Of a stretch of 32,000 nt of DNA, positions 8,981 through 17,117 are shown one piece after another. The DNA lies in sequence record JAHBMJ010000146.1; one strand, written 5' to 3'. The notes beneath the pieces were generated by a model. That model did not search any database. It saw nothing but the letters and a program-made list of their open reading frames with translations, and was not told the DNA's origin. Each line of letters begins with the position of its first letter. Positions within the stretch are counted from its first letter, which is position 1. A program made the position numbers and the translations under genes.

Positions 8981-9966
8981 GCGGCCGCGTCCCCGTGCGG
9001 GTGATAGCATGCAGCGCGGTGGCGAGCGTCATCGGGCGCTGCCTCGAGCGGCGGCATGGCCGAGGTGCAGATTTCGGTGCCGCGCGGACAGCGCGCGAAG
9101 AAGGGGCAGCCCGGCGGCGGGTTGTAGGGGTCGGGCAGTTCGGTCTCGGCGTCCTCGGGGATCAGCGACTTGCGGCCGGGCGCGGGGGCCGAATTGAGCA
9201 GCAGGTGCGTATAGGGATGGCGCGGCCGGCCGAACACGGCGCGGGCCGCCCCGACCTCGACGATCCGGCCGAAATACATCACCGCGACCCGGTCGGAAAC
9301 GCTTTCGACCACCGACAAATCGTGGCTGATGAAGACGTAGGTCAGACCGAACCGGTCCTTGAGATCGTCGAGGATGTTGAGCACCTGCGCCTGCACCGAC
9401 ACGTCGAGCGCAGAGACCGGCTCGTCGAGCACGATCAGCCTGGGATCGGCGGCGAGCGCCCGCGCGATGCCGATGCGCTGCGCCTGTCCGCCGGAGAATT
9501 CGTGCGGATAGCGATCGAGGAATCCCGGCGCCAGATTGACCGCGTCCATCAGTTCCTCGAGCCGTTCTTCGCGCCCCTGCGCATCGAGATCGGTCAGGTG
9601 CTTCAGCGGCGCTTCGAGGATGGTGCGGATGGTCTTGCGCGGATTGAGCGAGGCGACCGGGTCCTGGAACACGTACTGCACGTCACGCGACAGGCGCCTG
9701 AGATCGCGGCCTGCCTCGGCGGCCAGATCACGGCCATCGAACGTGATACGGCCGCCGGTCGGCCGGTCGAGGCCGACGATCATGCGCGCGAGGGTGGACT
9801 TGCCGCAGCCCGATTCGCCGACGACGCCGAGCGTCTCGCCGGGCCGGACGTCGAGCGAGACGTCCTGGACGGCGTGGACGGCGGGCCGTTCGCCGCCAAG
9901 CAGGGTGCGTCCGCCGCCGAAGGTCTTGTCGACGCCCTCGATGGTCAGAAGCGCGGCTTCAGACAT
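8977..9966 (-). CDS. Oligopeptide/dipeptide-type ABC transporter ATP-binding protein (DppF/OppF-like)
   Basis: Walker A GESGCGKST, signature FSGGQAQR, Walker B LIVLDEPVSALD and the C-terminal oligopeptide-ABC extension HPYT...PPGCPFFARCP. Confidence 0.9.
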   Translation of the reverse strand: MSEAALLTIEGVDKTFGGGRTLLGGERPAVHAVQDVSLDVRPGETLGVVGESGCGKSTLARMIVGLDRPTGGRITFDGRDLAAEAGRDLRRLSRDVQYVFQDPVASLNPRKTIRTILEAPLKHLTDLDAQGREERLEELMDAVNLAPGFLDRYPHEFSGGQAQRIGIARALAADPRLIVLDEPVSALDVSVQAQVLNILDDLKDRFGLTYVFISHDLSVVESVSDRVAVMYFGRIVEVGAARAVFGRPRHPYTHLLLNSAPAPGRKSLIPEDAETELPDPYNPPPGCPFFARCPRGTEICTSAMPPLEAAPDDARHRAACYHPHGDAAA

Positions 9967-11899
9967 CGCGGTCGTCCCCGGTCAGCGGGTGGATGCAGCG
10001 CACCGTGCGGCCTTCGCCCAGTTCGGTCAGCCCGATCGGCGCGGCGCGGCAGTCGGCCTGCGCGCGCGGGCAGCGCGGCGCAAACGCGCAGCCCTCGGGC
10101 AGATCGTTGACCATGGGCGGGCGGCCCTCGATCGCGTCGAGCCGGCGGTCGGACTCGCCCAGCACCGGCACGCAGTCGATCAGCTTGGCCGTATAGGGGT
10201 GGGCTGGAGCGGAGAGGATTTCCTCGGTCGTGCCGGTCTCGACGAACTGGCCGGCATACATGACGGCGACGCGATCGCAGATGGCCGAAACGACGCCGAA
10301 ATCGTGGGTGATGAACAGGATGCCCGTGTCGCGTTCGGCGCGCAGCGTGTCGAGCAGCGACAGCACCTGCGCCTGCACCGTGACGTCGAGCGCGGTGGTC
10401 GGCTCGTCGGCGATGATCACCTTGGCATCGTGGGCGAGCGCCATGGCGATGCACACGCGCTGGCGCATGCCGCCGGACAGTTCGTGCGGATAGGCCTTCA
10501 TGCGCTCGGCAGGGTTCGGAATGCGCACGATGCGGAGCAGTTCGACGGCCTTGCGGCCGGCGTCGGCCTTCGAAAGCGGACCGTGCGCCCGGATCGCCTC
10601 GACGAGCTGGTCGCCCACGGTGAACAAAGGATGCAGCGTCGACAGCGGGTCCTGGAAGACGTGGCTGACCGCCGAGCCGCGCAATTGCCGGATGCGCGCG
10701 TCGGACGCCGAGAACAGGTCTTCGCCCTCGAGCAGCGCCACGCCGCCGGTGATGCGGCCGGGCGGGCTCGGCACAAGGCCCATGATCGACATGGCCGAGA
10801 CCGACTTGCCCGAGCCGCTCTCGCCGACGATGCCGAGGCACTCGCCCCTGCCGACGCGCATGTCGACGCCGCCGACGGCCCTGTAGACATCGCCGCCGAG
10901 CCGGAACTGGGTGTTCAGGTCGCGCACGTCGAGCACCGCGTCGGGATCGGGCGCGACATCGGGCACGAGGCCCTCGCGCATCACCGCGGTTCGGGCGACG
11001 GGCCGCGACAGCGCGCCGGACTTCAGGCGCGGGTCGAGCACGTCGCGCACGCCGTCGCCGAGCAGGTTGATGCTCATGACGAGCACGAAGATCATAAGGC
11101 CGGGAATGATCGAGACGTGCGGCGCGGTGAACAGGATCTTGCGGCCGTCGCCGAGCATCGAACCGAGGTCCGCCTGCGGCGGCTGTGCGCCAAGGCCGAG
11201 GAACGAAAGGCCGGCCGTCTCGAGGATCATCCAGCCGACGGTGGTCGACATGGTGATCACGATCACCGGCAGCACGTTCGGCAGCACCTCGATGAACAGG
11301 ATCTGCGCGTGGCTCTTGCCCGAAAGGCGGGCCGCGTCGACGAATTCGCGCCGGGCGAGGCCGAGCGTGATGCCGCGAATGTTGCGCGCGAAGAAGGGGA
11401 TGTTGACGACGGCGATGGCGTAGAGCGCGTTCAGAAGGCCCGGCCCGAGCACCGCGACGATCGCCAATGCAAGAAGGATGTAGGGAAAGGCCATGACCAT
11501 GTCGATGCCGCGCATCAGCACCGTATCGACGCGGCCGCCCGCATAGCCGGCGACCAGGCCGATCAGCGAGCCGAAGAAGGCGGCGATCAGCGTCGCCGAG
11601 ATGCCGACGGCGACGCTGACGCGGGTGCCCCAGATCAGCCGGGAGAGGATGTCGCGGCCGAGCGCATCGGTGCCGAGCAGATGGCCGTCGGCAAGCGGGC
11701 GGAGCAGGCGGTTGGCGGGCGCCGTGGCATCGGGGTCGGCGAGCGGCAGGATCGGCGCGGCGAGCGCGATCAGCACGATCGCGGCAAGGACCACGAGCCC
11801 GGCGGTGGCGAGCGTGTTGTTGAGCAAAAGGCGGGTGGCGCTCGGTCGGCCGGAGGGCTTTCTGGCGGGCTGGATCGGGGCGCTTTCGACGGCGGTCAT
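9959..11899 (-). CDS. Fused ABC transporter permease (DppC-like, N-terminal) / ATP-binding (DppD-like, C-terminal) protein
   Basis: One uninterrupted frame. The permease part ends ...[15 protein letters not shown] at nt 11021. A linker of about 25 aa follows, then the ATPase part with [16 protein letters not shown] and [11 protein letters not shown]. The start is the ATG at 11899, sharing 1 nt with the upstream stop. Confidence 0.85.
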   Translation of the reverse strand: MTAVESAPIQPARKPSGRPSATRLLLNNTLATAGLVVLAAIVLIALAAPILPLADPDATAPANRLLRPLADGHLLGTDALGRDILSRLIWGTRVSVAVGISATLIAAFFGSLIGLVAGYAGGRVDTVLMRGIDMVMAFPYILLALAIVAVLGPGLLNALYAIAVVNIPFFARNIRGITLGLARREFVDAARLSGKSHAQILFIEVLPNVLPVIVITMSTTVGWMILETAGLSFLGLGAQPPQADLGSMLGDGRKILFTAPHVSIIPGLMIFVLVMSINLLGDGVRDVLDPRLKSGALSRPVARTAVMREGLVPDVAPDPDAVLDVRDLNTQFRLGGDVYRAVGGVDMRVGRGECLGIVGESGSGKSVSAMSIMGLVPSPPGRITGGVALLEGEDLFSASDARIRQLRGSAVSHVFQDPLSTLHPLFTVGDQLVEAIRAHGPLSKADAGRKAVELLRIVRIPNPAERMKAYPHELSGGMRQRVCIAMALAHDAKVIIADEPTTALDVTVQAQVLSLLDTLRAERDTGILFITHDFGVVSAICDRVAVMYAGQFVETGTTEEILSAPAHPYTAKLIDCVPVLGESDRRLDAIEGRPPMVNDLPEGCAFAPRCPRAQADCRAAPIGLTELGEGRTVRCIHPLTGDDRDV

Positions 11900-12843
11900 C
11901 AGCGCAGCCTCGGATCGAGGATGGTCTGAACCACATCGGCGGCCAGGTTGAACAGCACGTAGGCGGCGGCGACGACGAGGACGCCGCCCTGCACCAGCAG
12001 GAGGTCGCGCGTCGAGATGGCGGTGACCAGCATCGAGCCGATGCCGGGCCACTGGAAGACGGTCTCGATATAGACCGCGCCGCCGAGCACGAAGCCCGCC
12101 TGGATGCCGATCACCGGTATGACGGTGACGAGCGCGGCCTTGAAGGCGTGCTTGTAGATGACGTTGCGCTCGCTCAGCCCCTTGGCGCGGGCGGTACGGA
12201 TGAAGTCCTGGCGCAGCACTTCGAGCATGGCGGTGCGCGTCAGGCGGGCGATGACGCCGGTGGCGACCACGGCGAGCGTCAGCGCGGGCAGGAACAGATG
12301 ATGCAGCAGGTCGGGCAGATCACCGCCGCCGAAGATCGAATACATGCCCGAGGCGGGGAACCAGCGCAGATTGACGGCGAAGACCAGGATCAGCAGCAGG
12401 CCGAGCCAGAAGGAGGGGATCGAGATGCCGATCAGGACGATGAAGGTGATCGCCTTGTCGGCCCAGCCATACTGGCGCACGGCGGAGATGACGCCGGCGA
12501 TCAGGCCGAGCACCGAGCACAGGACGAGCGCGGTGCCGGCGAGGATCAGCGTGGCGTTGAAACGCTCGAGCACGATGTCGAGCACGGGCCGGTTCTGCAT
12601 GTAGGAGCGGCCGAGATCGCCCTGGAACAGGTTGCCCAGCCAGATGAAGTATTGCTGGACCAGCGGCTTGTCGAGGCCGAGGTCGCGATTGAGCTTTTCG
12701 ACGTTCTCGGGGGTGGCGAAATTGCCCAGGATCGCCTGGGCCGGATCGCCGGGGATCAGCGCCATGATGGCGAAGACGATGATGGTCAGCCCGAACAGGA
12801 CGGGAATCGCGGCGAGCAGACGCTTGGCGATGTAGGCGATCAT
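11899..12843 (-). CDS. ABC transporter permease (DppB-like)
   Basis: 314 aa multi-span membrane protein with the BPD-transporter motif ...TARAKGLSERNVIYKHAFK... and the C-terminal ...ILDPRLR. Confidence 0.9.
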   Translation of the reverse strand: MIAYIAKRLLAAIPVLFGLTIIVFAIMALIPGDPAQAILGNFATPENVEKLNRDLGLDKPLVQQYFIWLGNLFQGDLGRSYMQNRPVLDIVLERFNATLILAGTALVLCSVLGLIAGVISAVRQYGWADKAITFIVLIGISIPSFWLGLLLILVFAVNLRWFPASGMYSIFGGGDLPDLLHHLFLPALTLAVVATGVIARLTRTAMLEVLRQDFIRTARAKGLSERNVIYKHAFKAALVTVIPVIGIQAGFVLGGAVYIETVFQWPGIGSMLVTAISTRDLLLVQGGVLVVAAAYVLFNLAADVVQTILDPRLR

Positions 12844-12864
12844 GCTGGCTTACCCCGCGCCGTC

Positions 12865-12934
12865 ATCCCGGGGCTCGGCCCCGGGATCCATGCTGGTTGC
12901 GGCCTGACTGAGTTCCGGGGACAAGCCCCGGAAC
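12865..12934. repeat. Intergenic double-hairpin repeat element of the alphaproteobacterial REP/RIME-like kind
   Basis: Two perfect hairpins: ATCCCGGGGC-TCG-GCCCCGGGAT (12865-12887) and GTTCCGGGG-ACAAG-CCCCGGAAC (12912-12934). The reverse strand reads ATGGATCCCGGGGCCGAGCCCCGGGATGACGG. This is the MDP...DDG pseudo-ORF pattern I recall from a dispersed repeat in Rhizobiales genomes. Confidence 0.6.
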
Positions 12935-12981
12935 GAGGTCCGCGTTCGGGCGGATATCGCCGCATGAGGCGTCCCCGGCGC

Positions 12982-14541
12982 CTATTGCGGCTTGGCGACG
13001 TCCTGCAGCATCAGGAAGAAGGACGGCTGCAGCTTGAAGTCCTCGACCGCCGCCGTGGTCACCGCGTTCTGCTTCCAGTTGGCGACGAACACCCAGGGCG
13101 CGTCCTCCTGCACGATCTCCTGCATCTGCTTGTAGAGCTCGGCGCGTTCGTCCTGATCGGTGGCGCGGCGCGCCTGTTCGAGCAGGGCGTCGACCTCGGG
13201 GTTGGAATAGTAGCCCGAGTTGAAGCCGCCCTCCTCGGGCCAGGCCTCGGTGCGCAGCGCCAGGAAGGGCAGCGTGTCCGGATCGTTGGTCATCCACGCC
13301 ATCTCGGCCATGTCCGCCTTGCCCTCGAGGCCCGGGTTCACGCGTCCAAGGAAGGTGTTCCACTCATAGGTCTCGATCTCGACATCCATGCCGACCGCCT
13401 CAAGGTCCGCCTGGATCGCGGTGCCCATGGCGACCGGATCGAGCATGCCCGAGCCGCCCTCGGTGACGTAGAAGGTGACCGTCTCGCCGTCATAGCCGGC
13501 CTCTTCGAGCAGTTCGCGGGCGCGGTCGGGATCGTGCGGATAGGGCTCGAGTTCCTCGTTGTAGGCCCAGGCGAAGGCCGGCGGGGTCGGGCCGGCGGCC
13601 ACTTCGGCGGTGCCCTGCAGGATGTTCTCGACGATCGCCGTCTTGTCGATGGCGTAGTTGGCGGCCTGGCGCACCGCCTTTTCGGCGAACGGGCCTTCCT
13701 TCATGTTCAGGATCAGGAACCACACGTGCGGGCCGGCCTGTTCGTAGACATTGAAGTCGCCGCCGTCGCGGAACTGGGCGAGGCTGTCCGGCGGCACCTC
13801 GACCATCACGTCGATGCCGCCCGACAGCATCTCGGCGATGCGCGTGTTGGCGTCGGTGATCGGCCGGTAGACGATGCCTTCGAGATCGGGCGCCCCGTCC
13901 CACCAGTCGGCGTTGCGCTGGATGGTGACCTGGGTGTTGGGCTCCCACTCGACGAAGGAATAGGCGCCGGTGCCGGAGGGGTTGCGGCCGAAATCGGCGC
14001 CATGCTCCATCACCGCCGCCGGCGAGACGATCAGGCCGGTCGGATAGGCGAGGTTGGACAGGAACGGCGCATAGGGCTCGCCGAGCCGGAACTCGACGGT
14101 GAACTCGTCGATCACCGTGACCTCCTCGACGGCCGAGAAGTAGAAGGCCAGCGGGAACGGTCCGGTGTCGTGATAGGGGTGGTCCTCGTCGAGCATGCGG
14201 TCGAAGTTGAACTTGACCGCCTCGGCGTTGAAGGGCGTGCCGTCATGGAAGGTCACGTCCTGGCGCAGGGAGAAGGTGTAGACGGTGCCGTCGTCGGACA
14301 CTTCCCAGCTTTCGGCGAGCGAGGGTTCGGGCTCCAGCGTGCCGTCCCTGTAGCGCGTCAGCCCGTCATAGAGGTTCACCAGGATGCGGAAATCGTTGAC
14401 CGCCGTGACCGCGTGCGGGTCCAGCGACTTGGGTTCGGCGATCTGGCCCACCACCAGGACGTTGGGCGGGGTCTGGGCGACGGCGGGCGCCGATATCGCC
14501 AGCGCCGCCGCGGTGAGCGCCGCAGCCAGGAAATGCTTCAT
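12982..14541 (-). CDS. ABC transporter substrate-binding protein, family 5 (peptide/nickel/opine type)
   Basis: The ATG at 14541 is preceded by GGGAG. Signal peptide MKHFLAAALTAAALAISAPAVAQ. Typical family-5 body. The track ORF extends to 14772 without support. Confidence 0.9.
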   Translation of the reverse strand: MKHFLAAALTAAALAISAPAVAQTPPNVLVVGQIAEPKSLDPHAVTAVNDFRILVNLYDGLTRYRDGTLEPEPSLAESWEVSDDGTVYTFSLRQDVTFHDGTPFNAEAVKFNFDRMLDEDHPYHDTGPFPLAFYFSAVEEVTVIDEFTVEFRLGEPYAPFLSNLAYPTGLIVSPAAVMEHGADFGRNPSGTGAYSFVEWEPNTQVTIQRNADWWDGAPDLEGIVYRPITDANTRIAEMLSGGIDVMVEVPPDSLAQFRDGGDFNVYEQAGPHVWFLILNMKEGPFAEKAVRQAANYAIDKTAIVENILQGTAEVAAGPTPPAFAWAYNEELEPYPHDPDRARELLEEAGYDGETVTFYVTEGGSGMLDPVAMGTAIQADLEAVGMDVEIETYEWNTFLGRVNPGLEGKADMAEMAWMTNDPDTLPFLALRTEAWPEEGGFNSGYYSNPEVDALLEQARRATDQDERAELYKQMQEIVQEDAPWVFVANWKQNAVTTAAVEDFKLQPSFFLMLQDVAKPQ

Positions 14542-14610
14542 GACGGTCTCCCTTTCTGAACTGCCCGCAATTAATCCGCAAAATTTGCCCGTTGGCAAGG
14601 ATTTATCATG

Positions 14611-14622
14611 ACAAATATTTGT
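14611..14622. promoter_or_regulatory. Perfect 12-bp palindrome ACAAATATTTGT in the AT-rich divergent promoter region; candidate operator (possibly for the operon-encoded GntR regulator)
   Basis: Seen directly in the sequence. It lies in the only AT-rich stretch (about 14560-14660) between the divergent SBP operon and the M20 amidase gene. Imperfect flanking symmetry (ATCATG ... CATTGAT). Confidence 0.35.
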
Positions 14623-14648
14623 GCATTGATAGCGGTGGAGACGGGACC

Positions 14649-14678
14649 ATGCATGCAATGACGACGGCAAACCGATGA
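14649..14678 (+). other. 9-codon upstream ORF (MHAMTTANR) whose TGA overlaps the ATG of the M20 amidase gene (ATGA)
   Basis: GGAG at 14637-14640 lies 8 nt upstream of ATG 14649. The stop is at 14676-14678 and the amidase ATG at 14675-14677. The amidase ATG has no SD of its own. Confidence 0.3.
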
Positions 14679-15916
14679 CGGGCGGCCATCCGGCCATCGA
14701 CAAGGGGCGCCTTGCGCGCCTGCTCGACGCGATCAACGGCTTCGGCCGCGATCCGGCGACGGGCGGGTTCAACCGGATCGGCTATTCGGACGCGGACATG
14801 GCGGTGCGGCGCTGGTTCGCCGAGGCGATGACCGGGCACGGGCTCGATGTGCGCACCGATGCGGTCGGGAACGTGTTCGGCCGGTTCGGGCTGTCAAAGG
14901 GGCCGTGCGTCATGGCCGGATCGCATCTGGACACCGTGCCGGACGGCGGCGCGTTCGACGGGGCGCTCGGGGTCGCGGTGGCGCTCGAATGCGTGCTGGC
15001 GATGAAGGATGCCGGGCTGACGCCGCGAACGGCGATCGAGGTGGTCGCCACGGCCGAGGAGGAGGGACGGTTCGGCGGCATGCTCGGCTCGCAGGCGATC
15101 GCCGGCGTCGTCGATCCGGACTGGCTGGATGCCGCCACCGACAATGACGGCATCCGGCTCGTCGACGCGATGGCGGCGCAGGGCCTCGATCCGACGCGGG
15201 TGAGCGAGGCGGCATGGCGGCCGGGCGCCGTCGCTGCGTTCCTCGAACTGCACATCGAGCAGGGTCCGGTGCTGGAAGGCGCCGGCGTGCCTGTCGGCAT
15301 CACCTCGGCGGTGTCGGGCGTCTGCAATCTGGAGATCACGTTCGAAGGCCAGGCCAACCATTCGGGCACCACGCCGATGAACATGCGCGCTGACGCGTTC
15401 GCCGGGCTGGCCGAGGTCGGCGCGGCGGTGCCACAGCTTATCGCCGCTCACGGCACCGACCAGAGCCGCGTGACGATCGGCAAGGTCGAACTCTCGCCCA
15501 ACCATGCGCACACGATCGCCGGCCGGGCGGTGTTCTCGGTGATCATCCGCGACACCGACGAAACGGTGATGGTCGCCCTGCGCGACCGGTTCCTTTCGAT
15601 CGTCGCCGAGACGGCCGGCCGGCACGGCCTTTCGTTCGCTCATGACGAGAAGAGCTGGCTGGCGCCTGTCGAACTTGACGGGGGGCTGCGCGACCTTCTG
15701 GCCGGTCAGGCCGCAGCGCTCGGCCTGCCGGCGCTCGAGATGCCGTCGGGGGCGGGCCATGACGCGCAGACCATGCAGGCGCTGTGTCCGTCGGCGCTGG
15801 TGTTCGTGCCGAGCCGGGGCGGGGTCAGCCACGCGCCGGACGAATGGACCGAGTGGGCCGACATCGAAAAGGGCGCGGCGCTGATGCTTGCCGCGCTCGT
15901 GCAATTGGCAGGCTAG
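14675..15916 (+). CDS. M20-family Zn-dependent amidohydrolase, hydantoinase/carbamoylase-family amidase (N-carbamoyl-L-amino-acid hydrolase / allantoate amidohydrolase-like)
   Basis: 413 aa with ...GGFNRIGYSDADM..., ...VRTDAVGNVFGR..., ...GSHLDTVPDGGAFDGALGV..., ...EEEGRFGG... and ...PSGAGHDAQ... motifs characteristic of this M20 subgroup. Confidence 0.8.
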   Translation: MTGGHPAIDKGRLARLLDAINGFGRDPATGGFNRIGYSDADMAVRRWFAEAMTGHGLDVRTDAVGNVFGRFGLSKGPCVMAGSHLDTVPDGGAFDGALGVAVALECVLAMKDAGLTPRTAIEVVATAEEEGRFGGMLGSQAIAGVVDPDWLDAATDNDGIRLVDAMAAQGLDPTRVSEAAWRPGAVAAFLELHIEQGPVLEGAGVPVGITSAVSGVCNLEITFEGQANHSGTTPMNMRADAFAGLAEVGAAVPQLIAAHGTDQSRVTIGKVELSPNHAHTIAGRAVFSVIIRDTDETVMVALRDRFLSIVAETAGRHGLSFAHDEKSWLAPVELDGGLRDLLAGQAAALGLPALEMPSGAGHDAQTMQALCPSALVFVPSRGGVSHAPDEWTEWADIEKGAALMLAALVQLAG

Positions 15917-15941
15917 AGTATCCTCCTGGTCTCGCCGCCGC

Positions 15942-17117
15942 TCAGTGGTGCTGCTGCTCCTCGAGTTCGTCATCCTCGATGTCCGGCGACAGGTCCTGCG
16001 CGGCTTCGGCCAGCGGCTGGCGGGTGAAGCCCTTCACATCGCCGCTCTCGGCGAAGTCGCGCTTGATGTTGACCGGGCTGGTCGCATAGGCGGTGATCAG
16101 TTCGGCGAGCGATCGCAACGCATGGGTGTGGATGCGCTCATAGCCGTGGCTGGCATCGACGCCGAAGGTGATCAGCGCGGTGCGCACATCGTGCCCGGCT
16201 TCGATGGCGCTGGCCGAGTCCGAGCGGTAATAACGGAAGACATCCTTCTGGTAGCGGATGTCGTTCTCCCCACACAGGTCGACCAGCTTCTTGGTCAGGT
16301 GGAAGTCGAACGGGCCGGTCTGGTCGGCCATGCCGACGGTCACACCGAACTCGTCCGAGTTCTGGCCCGGCGCGGTGGTGCCGTTGTCGACGGTGACCAT
16401 GGAGGCGACATTGTGCGTCAGGATCGACGAGGCGCCCACGCCCACCTCCTCGGCGATCGTGAACAGCCAGTGGATGTCGACCGGCGTCTCGACGCCGTCG
16501 TCCTGCATCGCCTTGAGCGCGGCGAGCATGACGGCGACGCCGGCCTTGTTGTCGAGGTGGCGCGAGATGATGAAGCCGTTGTCGAGGAATTCGGGCTGCG
16601 GGTCGATCGCCACGATGTCGCCGATCCCGACGCCGAGCCGCTCGATGTCCTCGCGATTGCGGGCGAGCGCGTCGATGCGGAACTCGACATAGGGCCAGCC
16701 CACCGGCAGGCTGTCGACCTCGTCGTTGAAGGTGTGGCCGGATGCCTTCAGCGGCAGGATGGTGCCGCGATAGGCGCCGTCGCCGGCGAAGACGGTCGCC
16801 CGCGCGCCCTCGGCGAAGCGCGCCGACCAGTGGCCGATCGGGACCAGTTCGAGCCGGCCGTCGTCCTTGATCATCTTGACCTGGGCGCCGAGCGTGTCGA
16901 GGTGGGAGACGATGGCACGGGCGCCGCGTTCCTCGACACCGGGCCGGATGGCGCGGATCGCGCCGCGCCGCGTCAGTTCGACCGCAAGGCCGAACTTGCC
17001 CAGTTCGCCCGACACGTATCGGACGATCATGTCGGTGTAGCCGGTGGGACTGGGTATGGCGAGCAACGCCCTGAGGATCTCGAGCAGATAGTCGTGATCG
17101 ATATGCAGGCGTGTCAT
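15942..17117 (-). CDS. M42-family peptidase of the NAGGN osmoprotectant system
   Basis: 391 aa M42 (glutamyl aminopeptidase/endoglucanase-like) fold motifs (...SHLDTLG..., ...DNKAGVAV..., ...EEVG...). The start shares 1 nt with the ngg stop. Gene order asnO-ngg-M42 matches the described NAGGN cluster type. Confidence 0.8.
   Translation of the reverse strand: MTRLHIDHDYLLEILRALLAIPSPTGYTDMIVRYVSGELGKFGLAVELTRRGAIRAIRPGVEERGARAIVSHLDTLGAQVKMIKDDGRLELVPIGHWSARFAEGARATVFAGDGAYRGTILPLKASGHTFNDEVDSLPVGWPYVEFRIDALARNREDIERLGVGIGDIVAIDPQPEFLDNGFIISRHLDNKAGVAVMLAALKAMQDDGVETPVDIHWLFTIAEEVGVGASSILTHNVASMVTVDNGTTAPGQNSDEFGVTVGMADQTGPFDFHLTKKLVDLCGENDIRYQKDVFRYYRSDSASAIEAGHDVRTALITFGVDASHGYERIHTHALRSLAELITAYATSPVNIKRDFAESGDVKGFTRQPLAEAAQDLSPDIEDDELEEQQHH

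Noticed and set aside
9536-14559. 797-aa (9536..11929) and 803-aa (12148..14559) plus-strand ORFs
   Set aside because: They are antisense shadows of the ABC transporter genes. They have no recognisable domains, and their composition is dominated by R/G/D/A/E.
14542-14772. N-terminal extension of the SBP ORF to 14772. Similar extensions occur at 12052 (fused permease), 9010 (GntR), 7127 (RNase D-like), 2717 (cmk), 20915 (purU) and 25930 (galU)
   Set aside because: In each case the extension is Arg/Pro-rich, overlaps a neighbouring gene or intergenic control region and lacks an SD. An internal start is better supported, either by an SD or start/stop coupling (SBP, GntR, RNase D-like, cmk, galU, fused permease) or, for purU, only by the expected N-terminus.
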